64,000 bases of DNA from a virus (IMGVR_UViG_3300047160_027173:66240-130239); one strand, 5' to 3'. Positions 54,494 through 64,000 are shown, counted from the stretch's first letter. Numbers and translations are program-made. Notes: generated by a model not told the origin, from the sequence alone.

Positions 54494-56253
54494 GGCGGAG
54501 GGTCTTCCTGAGCTTCAGGTAGAAGGTCACCCGCCAGAGGTAGTCGTAGACGCCCTTGAAGAACAGCCGCAGGCGCTCGATGCGGGCGGCGCGCTTCAGG
54601 ACCTGGGTGATGACCCTCTGGGCTCGGTTATCGAGGAGGAAGGCCTCGAAGCGGGCGTTGCCGAAGTCGGCGACGACGAAATAGGTGCCGTTGCCGCTGT
54701 CGAACAGCTTCCGGTAGGACTCGTTGGTCCGGTCCGGGGTCAGGCTCTTGACGTCGACGCCGCGCTCGCCGAGGGCGTTGATGTCCTCATCGGTGAGGTA
54801 CTTGACGTACTCGTCGCGGGCGATCTCCACGCCGATGTCGGCAGTGCTGGGCGTGGCGCAGCCGGGGATGGCGTACTCGCGGGCGGTGGTGACCGCGTAG
54901 TCTACTTCAGCCAGGAGCTTATCGATCTCGTCAGTCATCGTAGTCTCCCCAGGGGCGCCAACATGATAGACAGCAGGTTCAGGGTCAGCTTCAGTGCGGG
55001 ATGCATCAGTCTTGTCCTCCGAGAATCCTCTGCAGCCAGAGGACGATAACGACGAAGATGATGGAAAGCGTGATGATGCCGACGCCCTCCAGGGTTTCGA
55101 TGATGGCAGTGGTCACTTGCGCCCCTTCAGGTGGAGATCGACGATGACCGTCAGAGTCCGGAGCTGGTCCTGAAGGTCGACGATGGCCACACTCTGGGCT
55201 TCGATGAGCTTGAGGAGGCCGGTGAAGCGCTCGGCGAGGGTGACGTTGGTGGGCTCGTAGGCGGCGTCGTCGGCCTCTTCCTCGTACTTGACCATGCCAC
55301 TGGGGCCGAAGGGGTGCGCCAGGCAGAAGATGTACTGCTCCCGGTCGCGGTGACAGGTGCAGTTCATCGGAGGCAGGCTCACGGCATCGTCCTGATGTAC
55401 TGCCAACCCTCGGCGTCGCGCTCGACGATGACACCGCCGAGGAAGCGGACGCTGGTCAGATGGATGCGGACGCCCGGGCTGGCCTCGATGGGAGCGCCGA
55501 GGGCGATCTCCGCGGGGCCGATGCGAATCCACTGGGGCTCGACCAGGCGGGGATCAACGAAGGCCGTCCAGGCGGCCTTGATGCGGGTCCAGAGACTCAC
55601 GGCAGCTCCATCCAGCGGGTGATGCCCTGGCTGGCCCGGTAGAGACAGAAGATGCCGACGCCGGCATTGAGGAGGCCCAGCAGCAGACGACCCTGGAGCA
55701 GGTTCATCGGGGCGAAGAACAGGTTGAGGAGGCCCATGACTCCGGCCAGGACAGAGACAAACAAGATCAGAGCTTTCACTTGGAACTCCTGAAGAGGTAG
55801 ACGCTGAGGGCGATGCCGCCCGCGGAAAGCGCCATGCCCAGGGGCGCCTCCACGCAGAGACTGATCAACAGGTAGAGCCCGAAGAGGATACCCATGAGGG
55901 CGGCCATCAGTCTCACCGGCGTTGACTCCGGACGTAGACGAGGGCGGCGACGAGGATGGCGATCATGAGCAGGGACAGCATCAGAGGACCTCGGAGAGCA
56001 GCAGGACCGCGGTTGCCATGTCCGTGGGGGACATGAGGAGCCTGTGGGCCTCGCCGAGGTCGTAGACCGTGCTGGGCGAGCAGACCCAGAGGGCCTCGAA
56101 GATCTTCTTCTGCAGGGCCTTGTCGGCCTTCTGGCTGTAGAGAGTCTTGTCGATGACCGTGGCCGAGACGACGGCGTTCTCGTTGAACAGGTGGGGACGG
56201 GAGGCGAGGGCCTGGGCGGCCCGGCGCATCTGGCTCTTGTGGCGGGAGTTCAT
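54483..56253 (-). other. Run of small hypothetical and membrane-protein genes (54483-54938, 55379-55600, 55597-55779, 55981-56253 and others)
   Basis: Coupled short ORFs. Confidence 0.5.
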
Positions 56254-56286
56254 GGCCCCTGACTTAACAGGGGCCGAGGCTGGCCG

Positions 56287-57021
56287 CTACTTTCGGGCCA
56301 GACGCCGGGTCAGACGGCTCCTGGCGTTCTGGGCGCGGAGATCCTGCCGCCAGGCCGGGGGAGCCTTCTCACCGAGGACCTGCTGCTCGCTGCCGGGGGC
56401 ATTGCGGACGATCATGTAGCCGCCCGGGGTCATCGTGAAGGGAGCGCTGAGCTTCTTGAGCTTGTCGAAGTACTGGCCGGCAGTGGCCTGGGCGTCGAAC
56501 CAGTGAGGGGTCACAAAGTTCGAAACGGAGACAATCTCCGTCGCACTCAGGTGGACGGCGTAGCTGTCGCCCTCGACGGGGTCGGCGACCTCCAGGGCGT
56601 AGCTCTGACCCTGGGGGAGGACGGGGCCATCAGCCCAGGCGTTCACGTAGCGGTCGATGATCAGCTCGCAGACCTCGTGGCTGAGGACGGAGGCCACGCT
56701 GACGTTCTCAGGGTTCTTGGCGTCGTAGAGGACGACGCCGCCGTTGTCCAGGACGGGGCCGACGAAGATCTTGCCCGCGGGCAGGTCGCCGTTCTCGTCG
56801 TGGTAGCCGAGAGCACCCTGTACGTCGGGGGTGTCGAGGACGAGCATGCCGAAGCTCCCGGCAGGGACCGGGCTGGCCGCCGGCCAGAGGACGACGGGGA
56901 TGCCGGAACGGGACCAGGCCGGGGCCAGGTCCTGGAACACCTGCTGAGTGCAGGCCCGGCACATGAGGGAAACATCGGAATCGCTGACGCGGGTGGACTG
57001 GTTGATGACGCAGATCTGCAC
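56287..57021 (-). CDS. Zincin metallopeptidase-like late protein
   Basis: GALGYHD...SVLSHEVCE..ID...EVADPVE...VSNFVTP.WF; SD GGAGG and CAATCT upstream. Confidence 0.7.
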   Translation of the reverse strand: MQICVINQSTRVSDSDVSLMCRACTQQVFQDLAPAWSRSGIPVVLWPAASPVPAGSFGMLVLDTPDVQGALGYHDENGDLPAGKIFVGPVLDNGGVVLYDAKNPENVSVASVLSHEVCELIIDRYVNAWADGPVLPQGQSYALEVADPVEGDSYAVHLSATEIVSVSNFVTPHWFDAQATAGQYFDKLKKLSAPFTMTPGGYMIVRNAPGSEQQVLGEKAPPAWRQDLRAQNARSRLTRRLARK

Positions 57022-57075
57022 GTGGACCTCCTGGGTCCACGCTTAGATTGTTCGGAGGGCCGCGGACTGGCGCCA

Positions 57076-57112
57076 GAAACGAAACGGCCCCGGTGTTTCC
57101 ACCGAGGCCGCG
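57076..57112 (-). terminator. Intrinsic terminator
   Basis: CGGCCTCGGTG/CACCGGGGCCG stem followed by TTTCGTTT. Confidence 0.65.
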
Positions 57113-57135
57113 TCAAGAAAGTCTCAGGTCAGGAC

Positions 57136-58509
57136 TTAGAAGTTCTGGGTCATGAAGTAGATGGTCAACGACGAGGCAGCGCTGGAGCCGGAGTTGATGG
57201 TAGCCTCTTCGATCACAAACGTGATCAAGCTGCCCGCCAGGGGTGTAGGCCAGACCGGCTGTCCGCTGTTCGGGGTCAGCGTAGAGGATGAACAGGCGGT
57301 GGCGGCGTTGTTCACACTGTATCCGGCAAAAACCAAGTACGTAGTGTTGTTGTTGACGTGATAGCAGTTCTTGTAAACATTTCCGTGGAAATCCGTCACG
57401 GTAACAGAGGCCCAAGCGGTCCACTGCTCCGAGTCGCCCTCCATACGAGCCAGGTTGATAAAGCTGACGTTATCACGTCCTTGTCGATAGACCACGGGAT
57501 ACCCATCCGAACTCTGCGGCTTGACAACCCGCACCACGTACGGGGTATCCTTGTTGAACCCAGTTACCTGGCTAATCGACACCGCACGCGGCAGCGTAGG
57601 AATGTAAGAGTCTCCAGGAGGCCCCTGAGGACCAGCGGCTCCAGCGGGACCCTGAGGGCCGGTAGCTCCGTTTGCGCCAGCGGCGCCCGTTGCTCCGGTG
57701 GCCCCAGTGAGTCCAACGGAACCTTGAGGACCTGCGGCACCGGTTGCGCCCGTCGGGCCAACAGCGCCCGTAGAACCAGTCGCACCAGTGAGACCGATAG
57801 GTCCTTGGGGGCCGGTTGCGCCATCCGCACCGGAAAGGCCTGCAGGACCCTGAGGTCCAGTGGCGCCAGTGGATCCCTGAGGACCAACGGCACCCGTGGC
57901 GCCAGGAGCGCCGTTGCAAACGCTAGAAGTTGAAAGGACAGGCTCGCCGGGATCGACGATACCGTTGTCGTTGCTGTCTTCAACGAACTGAAGGGCGGTA
58001 CCACCGTTGAGACAAACGGTCATGTCTGCCGGGGAGGCATCGACAAGCACAGAGTGCCCGCTGGGTCCGATAGAGCCAGCGGCTCCGGCAGGACCAGCAG
58101 CCCCTTGGGGGCCGGTGGCTCCAGCTGGGCCGGTGGGACCTGTTGCTCCGGTGGGACCGGCAACGCCCTGGGCTCCCTGAGGGCCAACAGAGCCCATTGG
58201 GCCAACGGCACCGGTTGGACCTACATCGCCCTGGGGACCCTGAGCGCCATCAGCGCCAGCTGCACCCTGAGGGCCGGCAGGCCCTTGCGATCCAACAGCA
58301 CCGGTGGGGCCAGTGGCTCCGGGGAGGCCGTTGCAGACGTAGGTGGTGGAGGTCACATTCCCGTAGACGCCGATGGTCTCGATCTTGTCACCGCCGAGGC
58401 CGAAACAGTTCGGATCGGAAGTGAAGGGAGTGACTCGAACCTGGGAGCCAGTACCTGCATTGGCAACCAGAGAGAGCAGCAACACTGCAGAGAGGAGGAG
58501 CTTGTTCAT
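57136..58509 (-). CDS. Collagen-like protein with signal peptide
   Basis: [18 protein letters not shown]; two long Gly-X-Y tracts separated by C.NGG...D.N.NG..D..E...VCNG. Confidence 0.85.
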   Translation of the reverse strand: MNKLLLSAVLLLSLVANAGTGSQVRVTPFTSDPNCFGLGGDKIETIGVYGNVTSTTYVCNGLPGATGPTGAVGSQGPAGPQGAAGADGAQGPQGDVGPTGAVGPMGSVGPQGAQGVAGPTGATGPTGPAGATGPQGAAGPAGAAGSIGPSGHSVLVDASPADMTVCLNGGTALQFVEDSNDNGIVDPGEPVLSTSSVCNGAPGATGAVGPQGSTGATGPQGPAGLSGADGATGPQGPIGLTGATGSTGAVGPTGATGAAGPQGSVGLTGATGATGAAGANGATGPQGPAGAAGPQGPPGDSYIPTLPRAVSISQVTGFNKDTPYVVRVVKPQSSDGYPVVYRQGRDNVSFINLARMEGDSEQWTAWASVTVTDFHGNVYKNCYHVNNNTTYLVFAGYSVNNAATACSSSTLTPNSGQPVWPTPLAGSLITFVIEEATINSGSSAASSLTIYFMTQNF

Positions 58510-58609
58510 GGCCGGGGTATAACGGCCAGGAAGGTCTAGCGCAGCCCGAGCAAGCACAGCAGAGCACGGTTAAGACAGAGAGGTGGGACTGGTCAGGCTC
58601 GTACCCCAC

Positions 58610-58640
58610 AAAAGACAACGCCCCTTGCGGGGCGGGTGTC
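58610..58640 (-). terminator. Intrinsic terminator ending the antisense unit
   Basis: GACACCCGCCCC GCAA GGGGCGTTGTC followed by TTTT. Confidence 0.65.
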
Positions 58641-58674
58641 CAGAACCTGGGACCGTTGGTGATTTCAGGTTCGT

Positions 58675-58758
58675 GCTCCTGTGGTGAAACGGTAAACACA
58701 GCGGATTACCACTCCGCCGCCTGCCAGGGCTTGTTGGGTTCGAATCCCACCAGGAGCA
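58675..58758 (+). tRNA. Orphan tRNA with Leu-type body and anticodon ACC
   Basis: Acceptor GCTCCTG/CAGGAGC with A73; D arm GTG..CAC; GCGGA TT ACC AC TCCGC; ~15-nt variable arm; GTTCGAATCC. Confidence 0.75.
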
Positions 58759-58810
58759 TATTCAGTTGTTCGTGCCAGATCTAACAGCACGGTGCTTAGA
58801 TTGCTGGGTC

Positions 58811-59437
58811 TCAGCAGTACCTGAACGCCAGCCCTCCAGCCGACTTCCGACGGCCCTTGAGGCAGTGGACGATGTTCCCAGGCGGGATACCCCAGAGTTC
58901 GGCAGCCTCCTTGATAGTGCTGTAGACACGGCCGTGCTGATCTTGGAAGGGCGGTATGGTCCGAGCCGCGGCGTGCTTCACCTTCTCCGCTGGACTCAGC
59001 GGTCGCCCCTTCTTTTGGCTTGGACGGCCCGTCAGGGCGGCTGCGATCTTGGCCTTGTGCTCAGCCGATTTCGGAACTCCCCGAAAGTGAGCGGCTCTCT
59101 TTTCGATGGTCTCGGGGCGCTGCTTGTAGCCCAGGTGACCTCCGCCTCCATCGGTGAGATTAGTCAGTGGACATCCGCGAGCACGCATCTCCGCGATCCA
59201 AAAGACTTCTGCTGCATCCAGGTGTTCTGCCGAGGGCAGCTCCAACAGCACGACGAAGCCCGGACGGAGACCTTGATCGAGCAGGGTCTGAACCCAGCGC
59301 TTCTTGTGAATGGAGGAATCCCGAGACTTGATTCCCTTCAGGTGCTGAGCTTCACGCTTGGCAGCAGTGAAGATCGTCTGCCCCACGTAACGTGAGCAGC
59401 CGCAGCTAGGGCATGTGAGTGCGTAGATGAGTGCCAT
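58811..59437 (-). CDS. GIY-YIG homing endonuclease with NUMOD3/NUMOD1-like motifs
   Basis: LIYAL...RYVGQT...R..QH...AE.FWI...LTNLTDGG; KSAEHKAKIA; YSTIKEAA...C.KG.RKSAGG..FRY. Confidence 0.85.
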   Translation of the reverse strand: MALIYALTCPSCGCSRYVGQTIFTAAKREAQHLKGIKSRDSSIHKKRWVQTLLDQGLRPGFVVLLELPSAEHLDAAEVFWIAEMRARGCPLTNLTDGGGGHLGYKQRPETIEKRAAHFRGVPKSAEHKAKIAAALTGRPSQKKGRPLSPAEKVKHAAARTIPPFQDQHGRVYSTIKEAAELWGIPPGNIVHCLKGRRKSAGGLAFRYC

Positions 59438-59463
59438 ACCAATCAGATTGTCACCTAACACCA

Positions 59464-59500
59464 AAATGAAACCGGCGCATCCCGAAGGACGCGCCGGTTC
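59464..59500 (-). terminator. Terminator after the major capsid gene
   Basis: AACCGGCGC/GCGCCGGTT stem followed by TCATTTT. Confidence 0.75.
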
Positions 59501-59526
59501 GAATCAGCGAAAGTTCAAATCGTCAA

Positions 59527-60900
59527 CTAAAACGATCCGACCAGGTTGTCGATAAGAACGTTCTTCCTCGGCTGCTCCACGCTAAGGGTCAGAAACCTGA
59601 AGTGAGCCTCAGGGAGCGACAGGTCGCTGACGGCCAGCTTGAGGCGGCTGTACGGAGACAGCTCGCGGATGGTCATCGTGTCCTTCTGCACCAGGAAGCC
59701 AGTCACCCAGCCCGGGAGCTTGTTGTTGAGGTCGACGAAGGTAGTAGCGTTCTTCGTACGGCCGATCCAGCGAGCCGAGGCGGCGGTACCACCGGCAGCC
59801 GAGCGGTAGACGTTGGTGAACGTACCGGCGGTGGCGGTGAGGGCCAGGGTGTTGTAGTCACCGGCGGCGTTGACCTGCGACTGGGAAGCCGTCGGGGCGG
59901 ACTCGCCCTGGGTGTTCTCAGCAGTCAGGTAGTAGACGTAGGTGCCAGCGGCCAGGCTCGTGGTCGAGTTGGTCGGGGTGATGGAGGTGAACGTCGGGGC
60001 GGCCGGCGAGGTAGTGCGGGCAGCGGCCGGACGGGTCTTGCCGGAGAGGAAGCGGCTCATCTCGACGCCGACGGTGCCACCGGACACGTACTGACGGCGG
60101 AGGGTTCCACCGGTCACGTCCTGGGCGCCGCTGTTGGCGACGATGATGCGCTCCTTACCGAACACGATCTTGTTGTAGGCCGAGGCGACCTTGGGGTCGG
60201 TCACGAGCTTGTCGGCGTAGCCGAGGTTCATGGCCGAACGGACCGAGGCGTCCTCGATCATGTTCTGGGTCAGCACGCCGCCACCGCTGATGACAACGGT
60301 GTCGTCCGAGCCGTACTCGCCGAACATGAGGTCGTGGGCGTTCTGCTCGAAGTCCGACTGACGGACCTGAACTTCCAGGCCGAGGATGTTCGGCAGCGCG
60401 GGGATCGAGGCGTACGAGCCATCGAACACACCGGCGTTGCTGAAGCCTTCCTTGCCGCGGAAGAGGTCGAACTCGATGTCGCCGGCCAGCTTCTTGGCGG
60501 CGTCAGTCGCAGCGCGGTCCTCAGCCTTGACGCCGTCCACCGTGTCGACCATGTTGGCGACGATGGTGACGCGACGAACGTGGCTGTAGTAGGCCATCGG
60601 AACCACGATACGGACGAAGTCCGAGGTCTCTTCCTGGCCGACAGCGCCTTCAATTTGCGCGCTGCCACCGAAGATGCCGTAGCTCAGCTGACGGTCGAAC
60701 TGGGCGAGGGTGCTCTTGCACGACTCGACCTTCAGCATCTTCTGGAGGTGGATGTGGCTCTCGTCGAAGGTGACGTTGTTCATCACCGCGGAGAGGTTTT
60801 CGATCTGGAGGGCCGAACCCTGGACGAGGGTCGACGGAGCGGCGTTGTAACCACCGGCTTCGAGTGCCTTCAGAAGTGCTTGAGTAACCTGAGTTCCCAT
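59527..60900 (-). CDS. Major capsid protein (Herelleviridae/Twort-like family)
   Basis: MGTQVTQALLK|ALEAGG...GSALQIENL...ST...IEFDLF.G; C-terminal Y.Y.LTAEN..GES.P insertion; T.FVDLN..LPG. Confidence 0.9.
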   Translation of the reverse strand: MGTQVTQALLKALEAGGYNAAPSTLVQGSALQIENLSAVMNNVTFDESHIHLQKMLKVESCKSTLAQFDRQLSYGIFGGSAQIEGAVGQEETSDFVRIVVPMAYYSHVRRVTIVANMVDTVDGVKAEDRAATDAAKKLAGDIEFDLFRGKEGFSNAGVFDGSYASIPALPNILGLEVQVRQSDFEQNAHDLMFGEYGSDDTVVISGGGVLTQNMIEDASVRSAMNLGYADKLVTDPKVASAYNKIVFGKERIIVANSGAQDVTGGTLRRQYVSGGTVGVEMSRFLSGKTRPAAARTTSPAAPTFTSITPTNSTTSLAAGTYVYYLTAENTQGESAPTASQSQVNAAGDYNTLALTATAGTFTNVYRSAAGGTAASARWIGRTKNATTFVDLNNKLPGWVTGFLVQKDTMTIRELSPYSRLKLAVSDLSLPEAHFRFLTLSVEQPRKNVLIDNLVGSF

Positions 60901-60928
60901 TGTGTTTCTCCTAGAAAGGAAAGGTTCC

Positions 60929-61852
60929 TTACTTTCCGTAGTTCTCAAAGAGCGGAGCCAGCTTCTCGATGCCGGCACGACGCTCGAAGTAGTCGTTGAT
61001 CAGATCCCGGTCCGCCTTCTTCAGAGAAGGAGAAGCCGTGATCTTCGCGAGATGGTCGTTGACGTCCTTGATGGTCAGCTTGGTGATGTCCTTGCTCTCG
61101 GCCTTGGGGGCCTCGGGGCGGACGCTGACGATGGACTTCCGAATCGGCTGCTCGCCGAGCGCGGTAACGACCTTGGTGAGGACTTCGATGTCCTCGGACT
61201 GAGACTTCAGCTGGGCCCGGAGCTGCTCCACCTCGGAGTCGACCTCGGCCTTAGCCATGGCCTTGACCTTCTCAGGCGTCATTTCGGCCTTCATGGCCGG
61301 ACCAGCGCCGTCGGCGGGAGCACCCACCGGCGGGGCCATCGGAGGAGCCATCGGGGCAGCGGCGGCGTCGGCAGGACCGGCACCGGCAGCGCCCATGGCG
61401 GCTTCCTTGGCAGCGAGGGCAGCGTGGATGTGCATCTCCAGCTCCTCGGGGGACAGCTTGCTGTACTCAGCCTGGAGGGCCTCAGGGGTCAGTTCGGCGC
61501 CCTGCTCAGCGGCAGGATCGCCCATGGCACCTTCAGCACCTTCGGGAGCACCCATCTCGCCAGCGGACGAACCGCTGGACTCGGAAGCCGACTCGTCGCT
61601 ACCGCTACCGGAAGCCGAAGCCTCGGGAGCAGCAGCAGGAGTCTCAGGGGCGGCCGGAGCCGAACCCGAAGCCGAGCCCTCGGAAGCGCTGGAAGCGCTG
61701 CCAGAGGCCTCAGGCGGGAAGTCCTTCGCCATCGAAGACGAAGACTCCTCACCCTTCACGAGCGCGTCCTTCGAGTCGGCGAAGGCCTTCTGAAGGTCCT
61801 CAGCCACCTCATCGAGGAGGGCGCGAAGCTCGGTGTCGTTGATCTTGGACAT
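60929..61852 (-). CDS. Capsid scaffolding protein
   Basis: Immediately upstream of the MCP; acidic coiled coil; LQKA, LVKG, MAKA, PIRKS motifs. Confidence 0.7.
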   Translation of the reverse strand: MSKINDTELRALLDEVAEDLQKAFADSKDALVKGEESSSSMAKDFPPEASGSASSASEGSASGSAPAAPETPAAAPEASASGSGSDESASESSGSSAGEMGAPEGAEGAMGDPAAEQGAELTPEALQAEYSKLSPEELEMHIHAALAAKEAAMGAAGAGPADAAAAPMAPPMAPPVGAPADGAGPAMKAEMTPEKVKAMAKAEVDSEVEQLRAQLKSQSEDIEVLTKVVTALGEQPIRKSIVSVRPEAPKAESKDITKLTIKDVNDHLAKITASPSLKKADRDLINDYFERRAGIEKLAPLFENYGK

Positions 61853-61884
61853 GGTAGTCTCTTTTCTCGATCAGGGACCCGAAC

Positions 61885-62358
61885 TTAGATCTGGGCCATC
61901 AGGGGGTACTTGGGGGACACGCCGCCCCAAACAGCGGCGGGGGTGCCAGTGATACCGGAGACGCTGGGAGCCGTGGTGTTGATGGTCAGGTACAGGTTGA
62001 CAGCGCAGCCCGTGTCGGCAATGGCGGCGAGCAGGGGCAGGAGACCAGCGGCCTTCAGCACCAGGGTGCCGGTGTTGCCGGAGAGCTGCTCCAGGACGAG
62101 GTTAACCACGTCCGGGGTGTACACGTTCTGGTTGTTGCCGAGAACGTCCTTGTTGATGGTCGACACAGGAGCGACTTCGATGAAGGCGTTCTGGTGACCG
62201 GCAGTCGAGTCGCCGAGGAGGATCGACGGCAGGCCGTTCGAGTCGATGGCGTAGGGAGCAGCGGTGATAGCGCTACCCTCGAAGGAAGACGCGAACGCGG
62301 CGAGGACGTCACGCAGCTCACGGGCGATAGCAAAAGGCTTCTCAGAAACGTAGGACAT
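61885..62358 (-). CDS. Virion structural protein
   Basis: Capsid operon; SD GGAG. Confidence 0.6.
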   Translation of the reverse strand: MSYVSEKPFAIARELRDVLAAFASSFEGSAITAAPYAIDSNGLPSILLGDSTAGHQNAFIEVAPVSTINKDVLGNNQNVYTPDVVNLVLEQLSGNTGTLVLKAAGLLPLLAAIADTGCAVNLYLTINTTAPSVSGITGTPAAVWGGVSPKYPLMAQI

Positions 62359-62458
62359 GTTCTTCTCCTAGGGATCCCCAGACACGTCGGTCGGGGAAAG
62401 TCGTTGTCGAAGACGTAGTTACGGACGCCCAATTATGCGCAGTCCGAATCTACGGAAC

Positions 62459-62806
62459 ATGGCCATTCACGTCTGTGCGGGTTGCTTCCTACCGAAGAAC
62501 ACCCAGGACAACGGCAACTGCAGCCCCTGCAACGTCAAACAAGGACTCCAACGGTGCCGGCGGTGCAAGGACTACCTGCCACCGGTGAGCTTCCTCCGAA
62601 ACAGGACCATCTGCGATGGTTGCTCGAAGACCTCAGGCCGGGGTCGGCCCAGGAAGCTGCACTGGCGTCAGGTGGAGTTTGCCCAGGCCATGATGGCCGA
62701 CGGTATGAGCCTGTCGGCGGCGGCCAGGGTCGTCAGGGCTCAGCGGGATACTCTCCGACGGGCGCTAGGTAGAGCTTCACGGGCCCGATCAGGTGCTGGC
62801 CCTTGA
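62459..62806 (+). CDS. Zinc-finger/HTH protein
   Basis: Four CxxC plus GRPRKL...GMSLSAAARVV; GAATCT 7 nt upstream. Confidence 0.55.
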   Translation: MAIHVCAGCFLPKNTQDNGNCSPCNVKQGLQRCRRCKDYLPPVSFLRNRTICDGCSKTSGRGRPRKLHWRQVEFAQAMMADGMSLSAAARVVRAQRDTLRRALGRASRARSGAGP

Positions 62807-63457
62807 AGTGCACACCCCAGTAGAGGGTGCCGTTGAACTGGTGATGGATGTAAGCGTTCCGGGCCTTCTGCCGGTCCCCGTAGAACTCGGGCTGGCTGCC
62901 GTCAGCGTACTCCTCGCCGGGCTGGCAGCTGCAGTCGACGAGCATCACCGCGGGCGGTCCTTGGGGAGACCGAGCAGCTCACGGAGAGCGGCACGGGCCT
63001 CGGCGGGGTCAGCGCCCAGCTCCTGGGCCTTGGTGACGAGGTAGTCCAGGTCGCGGACGACGGTGCTGGACACTACCTTGAGGGCGATCTCTCTGGCGGT
63101 CATGATTCCTTCTTGAGGCGCTCGATCTCCTGCCGGGCCTCGTGGAGCAGGTTCTGGTACTCGCCGAGCTTGACGGTGAGGGCGGCGGCTTCGGCGCGAG
63201 TCTTCTTCACGGACTCGGAGAGCTTCTCGTTCATGGCGTCGTGCATGGCGTAGAACTCGGGGATGCTGAAGCCGAGCTGGTTCTCTTTCCCGTTGCCGTC
63301 CACGGTCATCCAGCTGTAGATGTCGCTGGTGTGGTGATACCACCACCGGCCCCGGTACTGGTGAGTCTTCGGGTCATCCATGCCCAGCGGATCCAGCTCG
63401 CTGGTGTTGAACTCGTACCACTCGCTGTAGGTGGAGGACACGAAGTCCTCTAACCGG

Positions 63458-64000
63458 CTAGCCCTGGCTGAGCAACCCCTCGCGACCAGGCACGCGGCTG
63501 GCGGCGTAGGTCGGGGCGTGGCCGTGGGCGTGATTGCCGGCGGTCTTCGCGCCCTTGGCGTCGATGAGAGCGGACTCGGCGTGCTCGGGGGTGTGGCCGA
63601 AGCCCATGCTGACGCTGAGCTGGTGGGTGCCACCGATGGGGGCGATCTTCTCCAGGCGGTTGCGGAGGTTCCTGGCGAAGACGGCGGCATGCTCGTGGGT
63701 GGGCATGTGGACGCGGAACTCGTCACCGCCGACGCGCCAGCCCTTGGCCTTCTTGCTGCCGACGGTATCCTCGATGGCGCCGCGGATGTTCTGGCCCAGG
63801 GCCTGGATGGCTTGGTTGCCGACGTGGTGACCGTGGAGCTTGTTGATGCCGCCGAAGTCGTTGGCATCGATGTGGACGTGGATGCCCGGGCGGGGACGGG
63901 TGAGGAAGTCCTGGTGGCTGCGGTAGTTGCCCAGCTCGGGGGTGAGCGCGTCCTGGTAGACTTCCCTGCGGAGGTTGTTGTAGACGTCCGGGTGGACGTG
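63458..64000 (-). CDS. C-terminal GGDEF (diguanylate-cyclase-like) domain of a gene starting outside the window
   Basis: Manual translation: YQDALTPELGNYR...HIDANDFGGINKLHGHHVGNQAI...WRVGGDEF...LSVSMG. Confidence 0.85.
   Translation of the reverse strand, partial: HVHPDVYNNLRREVYQDALTPELGNYRSHQDFLTRPRPGIHVHIDANDFGGINKLHGHHVGNQAIQALGQNIRGAIEDTVGSKKAKGWRVGGDEFRVHMPTHEHAAVFARNLRNRLEKIAPIGGTHQLSVSMGFGHTPEHAESALIDAKGAKTAGNHAHGHAPTYAASRVPGREGLLSQG

Noticed and set aside
58675-58758. Orphan tRNA as an attP/integration scar
   Set aside because: No integrase or duplicated tRNA 3' end nearby, and the gene is full length.
1-64000. Stop-codon reassignment
   Set aside because: Conserved genes (thyX, MCP, sigma factor, kinase) are intact under code 11, and TAA, TAG and TGA are all used as stops.

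Overview
This 64 kb window is part of a large, GC-rich myovirus-type phage genome. It encodes a Herelleviridae-like major capsid protein, scaffold, neck proteins and a tail sheath that is missing from the ORF track. It also encodes ThyX, a dNMP kinase, a deoxynucleotidase, a sigma-70 factor and homing endonucleases. A CarF/TMEM189 gene and the high GC content suggest a Myxococcota-like host (inference). Four things stand out. (1) A 37-gene tRNA array covering all 20 amino acids lies behind a ribosome-mediated attenuator whose 45-codon leader itself uses all 20 amino acids and 34 different codons. It may sense loss of any tRNA. (2) Several late virion 'polyvalent' proteins carry effector modules (zincin, GNAT, ART-like, PI3K/HipA-like kinase, mCpol, NUDIX, papain-like, ParB-like) separated by the [LMVF]xK|[ASG] motif also seen at the capsid maturation site and in the scaffold. 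(3) An orphan tRNA has a Leu-type body and an ACC anticodon, and is covered by a late antisense transcription unit. (4) There is a circularly permuted tRNA-like (YrlA-like) RNA and three classes of leaderless promoters. All calls were made by eye; no database searches were run, and coordinates may be off by a few nt.
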